DNA of 62,724 nt, counting the filler, from Choristocarpus tenellus KU-1152 (Eukaryota > Protista > Phaeophyceae): the NCBI GenBank assembly GCA_964200185.2. It is 9 parts of 9 records of this genome, joined end to end, with 100 filler letters (N's around TTAATTAATTAA, not from the genome) between each part and the next. Parts side by side here need not be neighbours in the genome. Positions count along the whole stretch, not along the records: positions 38,494 to 46,686 come from CAXNAD020005020.1; positions 46,787 to 56,154 come from CAXNAD020003741.1; 7 more parts are not named here. One strand, 5' to 3'. This document shows, piece by piece, positions 40,730 through 53,489 of this stretch; the stretch's first letter is position 1, and each line of letters starts with the position of its first letter. The translations under genes and the position numbers were made by a program. Below the pieces are notes generated by a model. The model ran no database searches. It saw only the letters and a list, made by a program, of their open reading frames with translations, and was not told the origin of the DNA.

Positions 40730-43700
40730 ATGGAAGGAGAGACCGAAGTGAATGGAATGCCTCCCACAGTTGAGGCTAATGAAAGCGTGCAACAAATGGC
40801 ATATATGAAGAAGTTGGACGAGAACGTCATGGAGAAGGGCGCACCAGGAGTCGACAGAGAATACGAGGTAAGATGGAGATGTAGCCCAGTTTACGGGAAC
40901 TGGATACGATGGAACCAAGCACAGGCTCGGGTTTAGGATCGATTTTGTGGTGTTCCACTTACCTTATTGGGGTGCCACTTTTTACTAGGACGAAATCTCT
41001 CAAACGGGGTGCAGTGGAGACTTTTTATCCGACGGCGGCATGTTTCCTCATATCTTTCCCTTTCTGTCCTTTGATGTTGTAATCATACCAGAGGTCTAGG
41101 GTGAAGGGCAGCGTTGAACACGGCAGGTTAGTAAAATGCCCCGTGAAGCAACTACTTCAGCTATGTCACCTTCATGTATAAGTTTCGCCTGGCATGAGTT
41201 TTGTTATCCAGATCCCCCTACAAAGCCTATCATACCGCCAACATCACTATATTCCTACCACTACTTAACTTTACCCTGAAGGACTACGTCGACGACGATG
41301 GTGAAGGCAGTGAGTACGGTTTATATGGAATTCCAGACGTGCCAGACGATGAGAAGACTCCTGTCACAATTGTGACAGGTTTCCTCGGTGCAGGAAAGAC
41401 CACCTTGGTGAACTACATCCTCAAAGAGCAGGTAGGTACAATTGCACCAACCCTGTTCGAGACCCTATCTCTTTGCCTCCGCACGACCGTACCACAGTTG
41501 CCCTGTTTGTGCCTCTTTTTTGAAAAAGCGCTGTCGTGCTAATCTCATAGTAGTTGTTGTAGGGTTATCACCTACGGGTTGCAGGGTGGATTTAACTTGA
41601 TGGTACAGTGCTAAGTTTTTTTTCCAGGGAGTAGCCAAAGTGCCTAATACATGCTGTGTGGGGAAATAGTATGTCTCGCAATAAAGTCCATCTTGGGTAT
41701 CAGTTTCTGCTCGTATTCCCTATGTTCTTACTGCTGTGTCAGACTTCACTATTTTGTAATCCTTTAACATCTGCCATGTTATATGTGTATGATACACCAT
41801 GGCTTCTATCAATTTAGGATTATTGGTTTCATATTTGTTCCAGAGCACAATTGAAAAGTCATTGCTAAAAAATACGCAGCTAGGCGGAGTGTCTGGTTGA
41901 TCAAGAAATACTCATTATCCCAAATGGTTCGTTGCTTCAAGCCGGCCTCTAAAAATCAAAGGGTGATAGTCCATTGGACATTATATACTTTCCGATGCTG
42001 GGAGGATTTAATACTGTCTGTACTGTTTTTGTCAGAAGTGTCTCAACAGTCCCACAACAGTAAATTCTAATGTGCATGGAATAATATCTTATTCCATGTG
42101 TTTCAAGAACACAACAATCTTTCATTATGTGTGTGTGTGTTTATTCTTCCTGTTTGTTTTTTTGTAGTACATGTTCTATGCACTGAATCTTGGTAGGGTT
42201 CATATGAATTAATTCCCAAGTCCTCATACGGAGTATAGCCTGTACTACAAATCAATGCAACACCAGGATTGGAAATAAAAATCAGAGCGGTTTACGTTTT
42301 AAGGTCAGGGTTGCATGACACCCATGAAGGAACTGACCAGTTTCACTTGTGGTACTGTGTCTTGATATCTAAATCGATTTGTTGGTAGAATAGATGGGCA
42401 TCAACAAGGCCAACAGGATTTTTTTTTTGTATGCTGTCAACTAACATGGGAAATTCCTGATCCCTCACAACCTCAAGTGGAGTGGGTTGTTGAGGTATTG
42501 TGTACCTTTATTTATGTTGTAGGTACGCCTGAAACTTGTCATCTGTCTCACATTAGTCACACTGTGCAGTCAATCAAAATTGGGCCCTTTTTCATTGAAT
42601 GCCGAAAACACATTAAGTAAGTGCAAAGGATTTTTTTTCGTCATGTGTTTTTATGCAAACCTGGAGAACTCAAAGCCTAACCTGACACGCCCAATGCTGA
42701 TTGCTACCGCTGCTGTAAATTTCGAGCAAAATCTGTACCCTTTAGCAAGCAGAATGCATTAGGACTTGCTATTTCATATTCCTGAGCCTCTTTCAACAAC
42801 TTTCTTTTTCTTTGATGTGTGACTAGGGACACACCATGTTTGACTGTGGCGATGTGGGTTCTTGTTGTGTTGACAAAGTTTGCTAGGGCTCAATATTTCA
42901 ACATCGGTTGGAACAGTTTTTGAAAGAGTAGCTATTATAGTGATGGGGAAGGAATGACCAGAACGTAGCCTCCCAGAGCATTCAAACATATAAGCAGTGG
43001 CAGAGGTAAAGAATGGTCCAAGACTCTTCTCCTTTATGATACACATGATGGAATGATTTTAATAATCTCCTTCTGTCATGGTATATTCAGTGGTAGATGT
43101 GCAGAAAGGTCCAGGAATATTCCCCTGTCAGGACACTTCTTAGACCTGCCCTCATATGAGGGTATCTATCATGCTGTTTGTGTCCATGTTTGTGCAAACA
43201 GAGGGAGATGAAGATTGCAGTCATTGAGAATGAGTTTGGTGCAGTGAGCATCGACACTGACCTCGTTTCTGAGAATGTTCAACAGGTGAGGTAGTACCTA
43301 TGGTATAGTAATCAAGTGTACCTCTTCACTACATTTGTTTGTGGCATTGCTGTGTTAGCAAGCATTGTGTATCACATGAGGAAGGTGTCCCCAGCAAGGT
43401 TCATTTATTTAATTTTGATACCTTTATTGGGACCAAGTGTGCTGTGATGCTCTGTTGCATAGTTGTCTTAGGGGATATTCTCATATTTTATTGTTGGAAT
43501 ATGCACATTTTTCTGAAGCTGTCCCCTTTATTCAGCTAGTTGATGTCGCTTGTTTCTTAAATAGCAGCGTTGAGGTAGACCTTGGGCTTGGGAATAGAGT
43601 TGGTCGTCCAGGTTTGGAGGGAAAAATTGGCAAGAGAACAGCACGTAGCTCAGGGGGTTTTGGAAAGAAAAGGCAGGGGAGGGGGAGGAACCTGTCAGTT

Positions 43701-45630
43701 TGTGTCAATGTTAGTAGGAGTGGAGGCTTAGGATGTTGTATCATACTTAGCAGTCAAGAGGAAGTTATCTGTAGGTAGGAAAAGTAGGTATCTGAAGAAT
43801 ATAGAAAGGTTGAAGTCGGGAAGTTTGACTACAACTGAAAGATATGTTGTGCTGTATTTTTTTTTTTCATTGACTTATCTGTCAAATCGTGTCATATTCT
43901 CCAGTTTATGATAAAAATATATTTGTTTAGCTGAACTGTTTTCCCTTGAGAATGACAGTTGTGAGTATTTGATATGTAGTCCCCCTTCCCCCCCCCCACC
44001 CACAGTTGAGGATTTTGTTCCTTGTTCTTTGACTTGTGTTAAGCTGTGGTGTGGTCATGCTACTATGATAATGGTAAGTTAGACATGATGTTATTATAGG
44101 TAGAGATGGTATTTTCTTGATTTGAGAATGATAATGTTTCCTCTGTGTGTGTAAGACATAAGGGTGCACATAGGACATACTTTTGTGTATTTGAACTATT
44201 TTATACTACACTTGGGTTGGGGTTATGATTTTCAAACGCTCTTTTTATTATAGTAGTGGTGAAGTGACAGTAGAGGGTCAAACAGTTCACTCCTCTGCAG
44301 GGTATGTATGGTGTGGTACTTGTCCCATGGAATGAGGTGGTGTTTTGTAGTCCGTCCTTTTTTGAAAATATTCCCTGGTAAGCACTGTGCAGTAATTACT
44401 GCTGATTGGCTCTGTATTGGTACAGGATTACTGACTTGATTATGTGTAACCTACATGTTCACAACTGAAGATGTGGTTTAAGCAAGTCAATTTCCCCCCC
44501 CCCACACCTCCTCCATCACCCCCTCCGAGCCCTAACACTTGCTTTATCCCTAACCTCAAGTTGAAACAGACCATGGAAGGTGTTATTGTGGTGAACAATG
44601 GTTTTGCCATCCCCCCTTTTTTTTGTCATTCGTTTGTGAAAGTTAACCTAACCCTAACCCTATCCTTAACCCTATTTTTTGTCACAAGAATGAAGACATT
44701 ATTACAATGGAGAATGGGTGTGTTTGTTGTACAGTACGGGGAGATCTGTTGAGGACATTGATAGACTTCCTGGACAAGAGGAAAACCTTTGACTGCATAC
44801 TGCTCGAGACCACAGGCATCGCAGACCCCTCTCCCATTGTGGAAACCTTCAACCAGGTCAGGCTTGACTTTTCGCTCTGTTGATGATGTTGATGGGGGTG
44901 CTTGTGGGTGGTAAGAGTCTTTTGCACACCTATGATAGTTTTATTGGTAATAGTAATAGTTATTCTTTTTGTGATGTGGTGTGAATTGAATTGATCTTTC
45001 ATGATTTTTGTTTGCTAATTTTGTAGTAATTGATACAGTTTTTCTTTTCTTTTGTGTTGTTTATTGTATGCGAGGGTAACAAGAACTGTCCTGGAATGTT
45101 GCTTGCAATAGTACTCTGTATTAATGATATGATTATTATCGCTATTGTTGTTATTAATAAAAGCGAAGATTCAACCCCTTCATTCTCAGCATCGCAGTAG
45201 GCAGAGCGGGTGCCGTCATTGCTGTAGAGGGGTAGAGATAGGGTTACGATTAACTTGTACCTGATAGCAACAGTGTAGTCGATAATCAGCTGTTGCAAGT
45301 ACTTGTGTTATGATGTAATATATGATAAGCAAGGTTAGGGTTAGAGCAGCTAGATGCGGAAGAAAACATTTTGTTGTCTGCGTGGTATTAAAATTTCGTT
45401 TGTTTCGGCTACGATATCACCCTACCTGTTTGGTCTGTAATCCCTCTCCCTCCTCCCCCCAGCCCTGCTTGACTAGAAAGTAATGGTAGGTACTTTCCTT
45501 TGTGTTGGGTTGGGACTGAAATGTACAAATTGGCATAGGTTTAGAGTGATGCTGTTGGTTGTGGGTAGTGCCTTATTGACCTGCTTGGTTGGGTATGGTT
45601 CAGGATGGTTTGGATATAGCCAGTGCAAGA

Positions 45631-45662
<32 letters not shown>

Positions 45663-46583
45663 GTTACTATTTTAGTTTATACCTCTTTGTTATTATATTG
45701 TGTTACTGCGTACCCTCTCTATTTGATGGAGCTTGTCCTTGGTGAGCACTACCTGTTGACTGTATTTTCAATGAAGTTGATGTTCTATTATTGATAATAA
45801 ATACATTGAAGATTGGATAAACTTTTATAAGAATAGTTAATGAAGAAGAAAATATTGTGAATTATGAGTTGCTTTGCTTCACCACCTAAGAAGAGCTGGT
45901 GGAACTGGTCTAGTGGTTCATGGATTTGTGTTTTATGCTGTAAAATTCTGCCCCTCCCCCTCAACACATTTGTCGCATTTCAGCTACCTTGAAGATTTTG
46001 CAACAAAATAAGAGGTTTTGGGGTGTATATATATTTTTATGTACTTCCCAATGTAGGCTATGGTATGTTGGGCATATTTCTTTAGTTTCCACCAGTTGCT
46101 GTAGTAAGTCCTTCCAACCCTAACCCAATTCTACATAGTAGGAGGGATGACATTTTCATCCGGCCCAGTGAGTGATTAGTTATGATATATTAGACTTGAT
46201 TATCATTTTTGATACCATTACTATCCTCCATGCAGACAACCCTTTTTCCCCATCAATGTATTTGGTTAGGTTTTTATTCTATAGCCTGATTCTTATTTTG
46301 CGGTCCATCTTTGATTTTGTTTTTAATTTGACAGGATTTGGATGTGAAGGTGAACTACCGAGTGGACTCTGTGTTGTGTATGGTGGATGCTAAGAATATT
46401 GTAAGACAGTTGAACCGCAAGCCCACTGAGGCAAGGGCCGTTAATGAGGCGGCTCAGCAGCTGGCCTTTGCAGACACCGTGGTGATCAACAAGACCGACC
46501 TGGTGACACCAGAGGAGCTTACTTTTGTTAAGGACCGGATTCACAGCGTGAATGCCTTTGCAAAGGTCATGCAGACTGAAAAG
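40730..46583 (+). CDS. COG0523/CobW-family G3E P-loop GTPase (ZNG1/CBWD-like metallochaperone), 3'-partial; exons 40730-40867, 41282-41431, 43202-43285, 44689-44856, 46335-46583
   Basis: All introns are GT-AG and phase 0. The spliced protein has [15 protein letters not shown] (Walker A), [21 protein letters not shown] (CxCC), [25 protein letters not shown] (NKxD). I did not find the C-terminal CobW_C exons; the piece ends at the gap at 46687. Confidence 0.93.
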
Positions 46584-46786
46584 GTAAGGGTAGTGTTAGG
46601 GTTATGTTGGGATTGAGTTTTGGGGCGAAGCATGGGGGCCAGGGGGGGGGGGGGGTGCAATGCCTTGATGGGGGCTAGGGTTGGGGNNNNNNNNNNNNNN
46701 NNNNNNNNNNNNNNNNNNNNNNNNNNNNNNTTAATTAATTAANNNNNNNNNNNNNNNNNNNNNNNNNNNNNNNNNNNNNNNNNNNN

Positions 46787-47050
46787 CGTGTGATCTCGTG
46801 CTGAGCCCTCCTTGTGATCCTGGCGTCATGAGCTGCCAGGATGTGGACCTCTGGGGTAGGTGCAGGTGGTGCTGTTCCCCCCCAAGTTACCCAGTCTTGG
46901 CCAATAATTTCAGTCAGGTCTTCTAAGGGGACACCTGTAGAAAGAAGAGTGTGTATAGACACTCCTAAGGCCTGTATGGTAGGGCTTGTACGTACGGCTT
47001 GTACGTACGGCTTGTGAGAAGGACTCGCCATGAGGCCCTTTCCACATATT
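46787..47050 (-). mobile_element. Degenerate fragment of the same RLE-type LINE family
   Basis: ...LLSTGVPLEDLTEIIGQDWVTWGG...LAAHDARITRRAQHEIT; nucleotide overlap with the 38494-39020 copy. Confidence 0.6.
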
Positions 47051-47264
47051 GTCTGGATACACATATCTCCAACACTGCACCTTCGGTTAATTCCAACTCT
47101 CTGATCCATGAAAAGTTTCAATAGTTGATTGGACTTTATAGTTGGGGGTGATATATTTATAAATATACTTGTGTTTTGAATTATATTGTGTTTCATTCAA
47201 TGATTTGTTGCTGTTGCTGTGTTGTTAAATAGATATATTGAAAATATATATTTATAATGGATGT

Positions 47265-48998
47265 TTGCCCTATCTGATATCAACTTACACGGAGTTGATT
47301 TTTTTTAAATATATGTCCACGAATGTATGGACGGAGAAGATCCGAGTTCATTTTTTTAAACTATATGTCCACGAATGTATGGACGGAGAAGATCCGAGTT
47401 CATTTTTTCAAATGACTCTTACACACTTTTTTCCTGCTTCATTGCTTTCTTTTTTATTATTCATTTATTATTATTCTTTCTTGCCCATTTTCTACATCTT
47501 TCTTCTTGAATAATAGCTGCAAAATGTCAGAGGGCATAATAATAAAATATAGGAGGACAATAATTATTTCAGTGGTGTATGACCAAGTCCATCTCCTTGT
47601 TATCCACGGTTTTAAAGTGATCTTTTCACCAAAAAATTCTGTATGTATTAATGATTGATATGTTGTGAGGCAGGGCCCAATCAGTCGTGTGGGTTGTTCA
47701 GAATCACCAGTTCTGACACGTTGGGGTGCTATCAGTGTGTTTAATGTTGATTGGAATATCACCAATGACAAAGAAATGTGCGTGCAATGGACTTGTCTGT
47801 GCGCGCGGATGTGAACTGGAATGAGATCAGCTGCCAAAGAGACCTGTTCGTCCCAGATATCATAATACATATATCCACATTATCAGATCCTCACCACCCT
47901 CCCACTCTGAGAACATGCTATTTTCTTCTATCCTGGACAACAAAATTGCACGTCTTCTACTATATTTACTGGCTCCATTTCTCTACTCAGGTCTTTTTAC
48001 ATGCAATTTTTTTTCTTTCGTTCCTTTCAAAAAGTTTCAATCTTCTATTTCTTCCAACAATTCTTTATGTCTGCTAACACTAAAAACCCGTATACTATGA
48101 TGCTGTTGAATTCCATAGACGCAAGAATATTATGCTTAATGCTATGAAATTCGATCATGGTTTCTGCATTCTCTATGGGATTCTTCCATGATTTTCTTCT
48201 TTTCCCCTCCTCATTGGAGAAGATACTCCATTCTCTTGCTTCTGTATCTCTTGACGGCGTTAAACAGGATTTCAAGCTACGACTAGATAGTCCTTCCCCT
48301 TGCCCTTTCACGTTGAAAGGCTTGGCCGGACGCGGTCATATCTCATACATCGAAATCGTGATATTTCCACCTGCCCAGATATGTTCTATCATCTCACCCC
48401 TGATCAAGATGGAGTGGCACAGATCTGTTTGCTACCAAATCTATCTTAGTTTCAAATGAGGCACCCTCACGAAAAATCTTATTGCTCTACACATCTTGCA
48501 AACATGCAGATATTTTTGTGTACACAACTATCATGCCTGAGGGTATTTCCCTTGCTGAGAGTATTTATTTTCTTTCAATGCTCATGTCAGCTTTCTTTCT
48601 GTGCACACACTTCCTCTTAATTTCCCATTGACATTGGTGTTGTCTTGATGCACGTATCAAACCATATACAGGGGTGGGTGATGTGATAGCCATCTTCCAA
48701 CTAAGGTGCACCTTTAAGGTGACCTACCTTGGGAATATGTACTTCAAGGTCTGTTGCCTCATACGACATCTGCATTTACATGTTGAAGCTAACATTTGCT
48801 TGTTGAAATAAATATCGGATGTTTGAGTGGACCTCACAAACCCCCTTCATTCACTTTTGCTTGTTCACACTCTTCCCTGAGTGACTTTCTGAGGGATTGC
48901 TCACCCTCCTGGCTTGTCTCTCTCTATTCCCTTCCTCCTGTGGAACTTCCCGCTGCTCTTCAGTCTGAAGAACCTGTGGGTCTGTTTCCATCTGTTTC
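47265..48998. repeat. Second copy of the 53490-55537 element, with secondary insertions
   Basis: The ORF-track peptides are duplicated (48045-48311 vs 54693-54968; 48157-48459 vs 54745-55116). It contains a 52-bp tandem duplication at 47310-47410 and a family C 3' fragment at 47517-47550. Confidence 0.8.
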
Positions 48999-49650
48999 AC
49001 ATAAATACTAAGGGTGATTTTCGAAGATGGACACACCCTTACCATTTCTGCAATATATTTTGTAGGAACTACCAAGGACCAATAAACACACCATGCATGT
49101 GTGTTTATTTTGTTGTTACTAGGGCTAAAAGTAATAAAGATGTATGACTTGAACTATCGTAATAAGCCCTTGGTACCAACCCTGCATGGACCCTTCACTG
49201 CTACAATTACTACTTGTACTGCTACTACTAATGTTGATACCTCGAGGAATTAACACTTCTAACAATACAACAAATGTTGTACTTGTAGTATTACTACATA
49301 ATAACATGGTGTATATATATATATATATTGATTTACCAACAAAGCACTCCAGTGTGTAGGCCCCCTCTTTCTTTTTGCTTGCCTTGTAGTATCTCCCTCG
49401 TATTTAAGTGCATCGGGTGGTGCTCAGCGTCGTCTTCTAAATAGGATCTTCCCCACTCCCCCAATACACGCAAACATCTATAGTTTGAATTGACAATTTT
49501 GCGCAATCTGATATTGGAGGTGCACCCTTTCTTGTCATGCAGCGTGAAGTGGGCATGAATTATTATAATCGTAACAACGAAAAGCAGACAAACGAGTTTT
49601 CTCTACTACTGTATTTGGATTTTTTTACCGTCGTTTTAATATGACGTTTC

Positions 49651-49695
49651 CCCTCTGACACATCTGCAAAATGTCAGAGGGCATAATAATAAAAT
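49651..49695 (+). repeat. Family C 3' end: 10-bp hairpin plus (TAA)n tail (best copy of at least 12)
   Basis: CCCTCTGACA-CATCTGCAAAA-TGTCAGAGGG-CATAATAATAA. Other copies: + strand near 1343, 1475, 36428, 36882, 47517, 52548, 56026; - strand near 23521, 23760, 35545, 55600, 55878. Confidence 0.85.
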
Positions 49696-52600
49696 ATGAC
49701 GTACCTCGTAAAAGGTTAGTGTGTGTTATTCACAGTACCAGTTCCTGTATATAGTAGTTACCAGCACCGTTCTGAACAATAGTGACAACGGGTGTACTTC
49801 CAAAAAATATGCTACCACCCGTGACGATGTGTACACTCGGTCCAATGATATCTTCCCACAGGACGAACCAGAGTGGGAGGTGGTCACCATCGGGTTCCTG
49901 GTGAAGAGTAGATCATGTTGGACATGTCAATGTTAGCAATCTATCAAGCACAACCAACCCTAGAGGGGGTCAAAACGGAAAGACCTTTCTTATGGTTGTT
50001 GATAAAATCTGATAGGCAAACACAACTTGCGAAGACATGTTGATACCCATATGTCATCCCTACAGCTTCATCCCTCGAAAATTTAGGTAGTCTTTAAAAA
50101 GAGAGTTCCACATCGCCACTGGTTCTTCTGATGCTCCTAAGAACATCTGTGCTTCTTCGGAGAATTTTTGTAATGGTCACAGTCTGTCGCAGTCAGATGA
50201 ATTACAGAGTTTAGATAATCTAGAATTTTTAAAGCGATACGCCTACTCACTAATTTCGTGTGCTGAAATGGTGTTAATAATTGGGCATATTGTTACCACT
50301 TTCTTGTAAAATATTATTTTCTCCCCTCCTGTTGCCCTTCCTGTTGTTTACTTGAGTTTTATTGCTGTTATGTTCTATGTGTGCCGACGCATATTTCTCT
50401 TTGTTTTTCGTTGAGGTGCTGTTGTGGTGGTGGTAATGATCAATGTATGCCTGCGTTCTCGTTGCTTTTTCTTGATATTGTCAAATTTTATTGTCTCTAT
50501 TGTTACGGATGGATGGTTGTCGTATTTGCATGTTGTAATACATCTAAATAGAAATCTCTGTAGTGTGAATGTTCTAGTTTTCATTGTTCCCTTGGAACAT
50601 TTTCTCATATTATTCTACTACTATTCCTACAACAATGTCTATATACGATAATAAAGTACTGTGCAGATCATATTCATAATACTATATTGTATTTTTCTTG
50701 TGTGTCTATTGAAGTCAATTACACACAGAAAACGCTTTCTTCACGCGATTCTGGACAAAAATTTGTGACTGAGTAAGAGCAAAATCCAACACGCCGTAAA
50801 TACGCGTAGGTAAGAAGATTGATCTCACGCAATTAACATATATGTGTCTGGGGGGGGGTGAAGGATTCGATATTTTCAGCCGTTGGTGCCCCTTCTTGTT
50901 ACTGTCAAAACTAGTACTATTTTTTTTGTACTTCTGTAATACTTCGAAGTATTTATTTTGTTTAACAAATTTCAGGATTACATTATTATGTACTTCGACT
51001 ACCAATTGAACTTTGTTCTCACCCCTTGTGTTCTCCTCCCTTTTCCAATGTCGAAAAATCTTTAAACTAATACGTCGTTGGTCCCTTCCGTCACAAGAAC
51101 TTCCAACCAATTCCTCGCTTTCTGCTTGCCCCATCAAAACACTTCAAGGGTTTATTACCTTCTTGGACGTTCTTGGACAATCTATGAATAATAAAATCAT
51201 ATTTCCACGGAAACTTCTTCGTAGGATCATTCACACCATGTCTGGTAACATATTCATTCCAACCCAGTTAATTGATGTGTATTCAGCGAAGAATCCTGTC
51301 AATTCCAAAACTTGAACCTATCGAACACATTAGTGTAACCTGGGCTAAACGGCAACCACTCCCTTAAATCATCAATAGTTTGTGTATCGGGAGTGTTCCA
51401 CCCCAACCTCGCCGATTACCGATCAAATCCTCCTTTTGCCACTCTGTCTTTTCAAGTCCACCGAAGCTTACCCTGACATACTTAGTTTCAGAAGCATACA
51501 CCCCTCTACAATATCCTCCCTTCAGTTGAGATGTCAGAAATATCAAATATCTCCATCACACCTAAATCTCATACAGTCTGAGCTTGTTTCCTTTCTCTCT
51601 CTCTCTCGTGACGCCCTGGATTATATGGCCTATCTTCTCTCTCCCCCTCAATCACAATTCCCCTGTCACTCGGTTTCACCTGGTTAAAATATCGGCCCTC
51701 TGTTCTACTGGATTGAAAAATCAGTCACTCCGCCACAAGTAAACATTATGTGCCCGTTTGTTGATACTCTGGAATCACGTACCGGTTACCCCCTTTCATC
51801 TACCTTGATTCTAGCCCCCCTTAAGTACAACGTAAACAAGAGGTGGCCATCCTTTTTAAATCCAGTTTTCCTAAATTTTCGATTCGCTCATATTTCTACG
51901 GATGAAATTCTTGACTCGAGAGTGTTGATTTCTCTATTGTTTGAGACCTTTCGACAGGAATAAGAAAATGTCCTATTTGCATTTTTTAAAAGACGAAATT
52001 AAAGTATTTGTCACCATCCTTCAAATGCAACTCTGGGTACCTCTAGCGTACTTTGACTCTTACCTCGATCCGAAATCTGGACTGACTGGATACTTACGCT
52101 TAGATCGTACATATCATTCATGTGTTAACCATTTCTAATTCCCCTTACTGTTACAACACCGAAGTCTCGGTAGGACCTCCATGTCATAGCACGCTCCATA
52201 GCTTACCTCCACCGGATGTATAGCTCCAGTTCACAAGCCTATAGATGGCGCGGATGCACGTGCAGGACTCTTGATGCACAAGTCGTCAAGTACACTGGAT
52301 CTTTCGCTTGGATTATTTCCTTCATAGGTATCAATTAACATAGTATAATAAGGAAGTGGTGGTCAACCATGTCTCATCTCAATCGGGAACCATAATGACC
52401 AATATCAAATAAATAGTCAAGAAGTACATACATATATATAATATGAGACGGGGGGGGAAACCAAGACCTAAAGTGTATGACAAGGATATTTGTGAAAGGG
52501 GATATGATGTCCTTGTCGTATAATTTCAGTCTTGGTTTCCCCCCACCCCTACACATTTGCAAAATGTCAGAGGGCAAATAAAATGACAAGGGCTACTAAT

Positions 52601-53489
52601 ATAGATTGAACAGTTCTCGTCAATGCCAAGGCACCCCCCCAACATATGTACAATTTGAAAAATAACAACACAACTAACTGTCCCCTTGGATATTGTTCTC
52701 TACAAAGTAATAATGAATATCCTGTTGTACATCTAACCTAGCTGTACGAAGGTGGGTGAGGAGTTAGGAAAGCATCGCAAGATTCTGTCAGGTCCCTTCT
52801 TGCCCACCTACCCCTTGTCTCTACCTTGAAACACATACTATATGAAGAATGAAACTGTTGAAGTGGGTGGGATTTGTTGGATAGCGCACGTAAGAAATAA
52901 TGTGATTCAAATAATGATGTGATATAAATGATGTGTTGATGCAAACAATAATGTGATGGAAATGGTAATGTGTTACAAATAATGTCACTCAAATAATAAT
53001 GTGTTACAAACAATAATAATGTTTACGATAATGATAGTGATAATTATAATATGTAGAAATAATAGTAGTCGCAATAAAAATAATATTCGTAAAACAAAAG
53101 TATTAATAAAAATATTTAATCATAATATTTTATAAGCTCAAAGTGACATGCGTATCTCTCTCCACTGTGATTGGTTGCGACCAAGTCAGAACAGAAGACA
53201 AAATTTCGACCTTTGCTGGTTTGAATCCACTGTTCATATCCAGGCTACCCCTAACTGGTTGTGGACCTGACCCACCCCACATCACCTGGGTTGACCCCAA
53301 TAGCAAAAGGTGGCGCGCCCAAAAGCGTATGACTACGCGCATTTCCTCATCAGTGTTGGGAGATATCACAAAGGTCACGTGTGTCTGACAATCATAGCAA
53401 TACTAATAATAGTAATAAAAATTAATATATACTTCTTACTACTATTTTGAAATGCCTAACACATTCTTCAAAATAATTTTCAAAAGACA

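Noticed and set aside
47310-47410. CRISPR-like direct repeat
   Set aside because: Two adjacent 52-bp units with no spacer and no cas genes, in a eukaryotic context.
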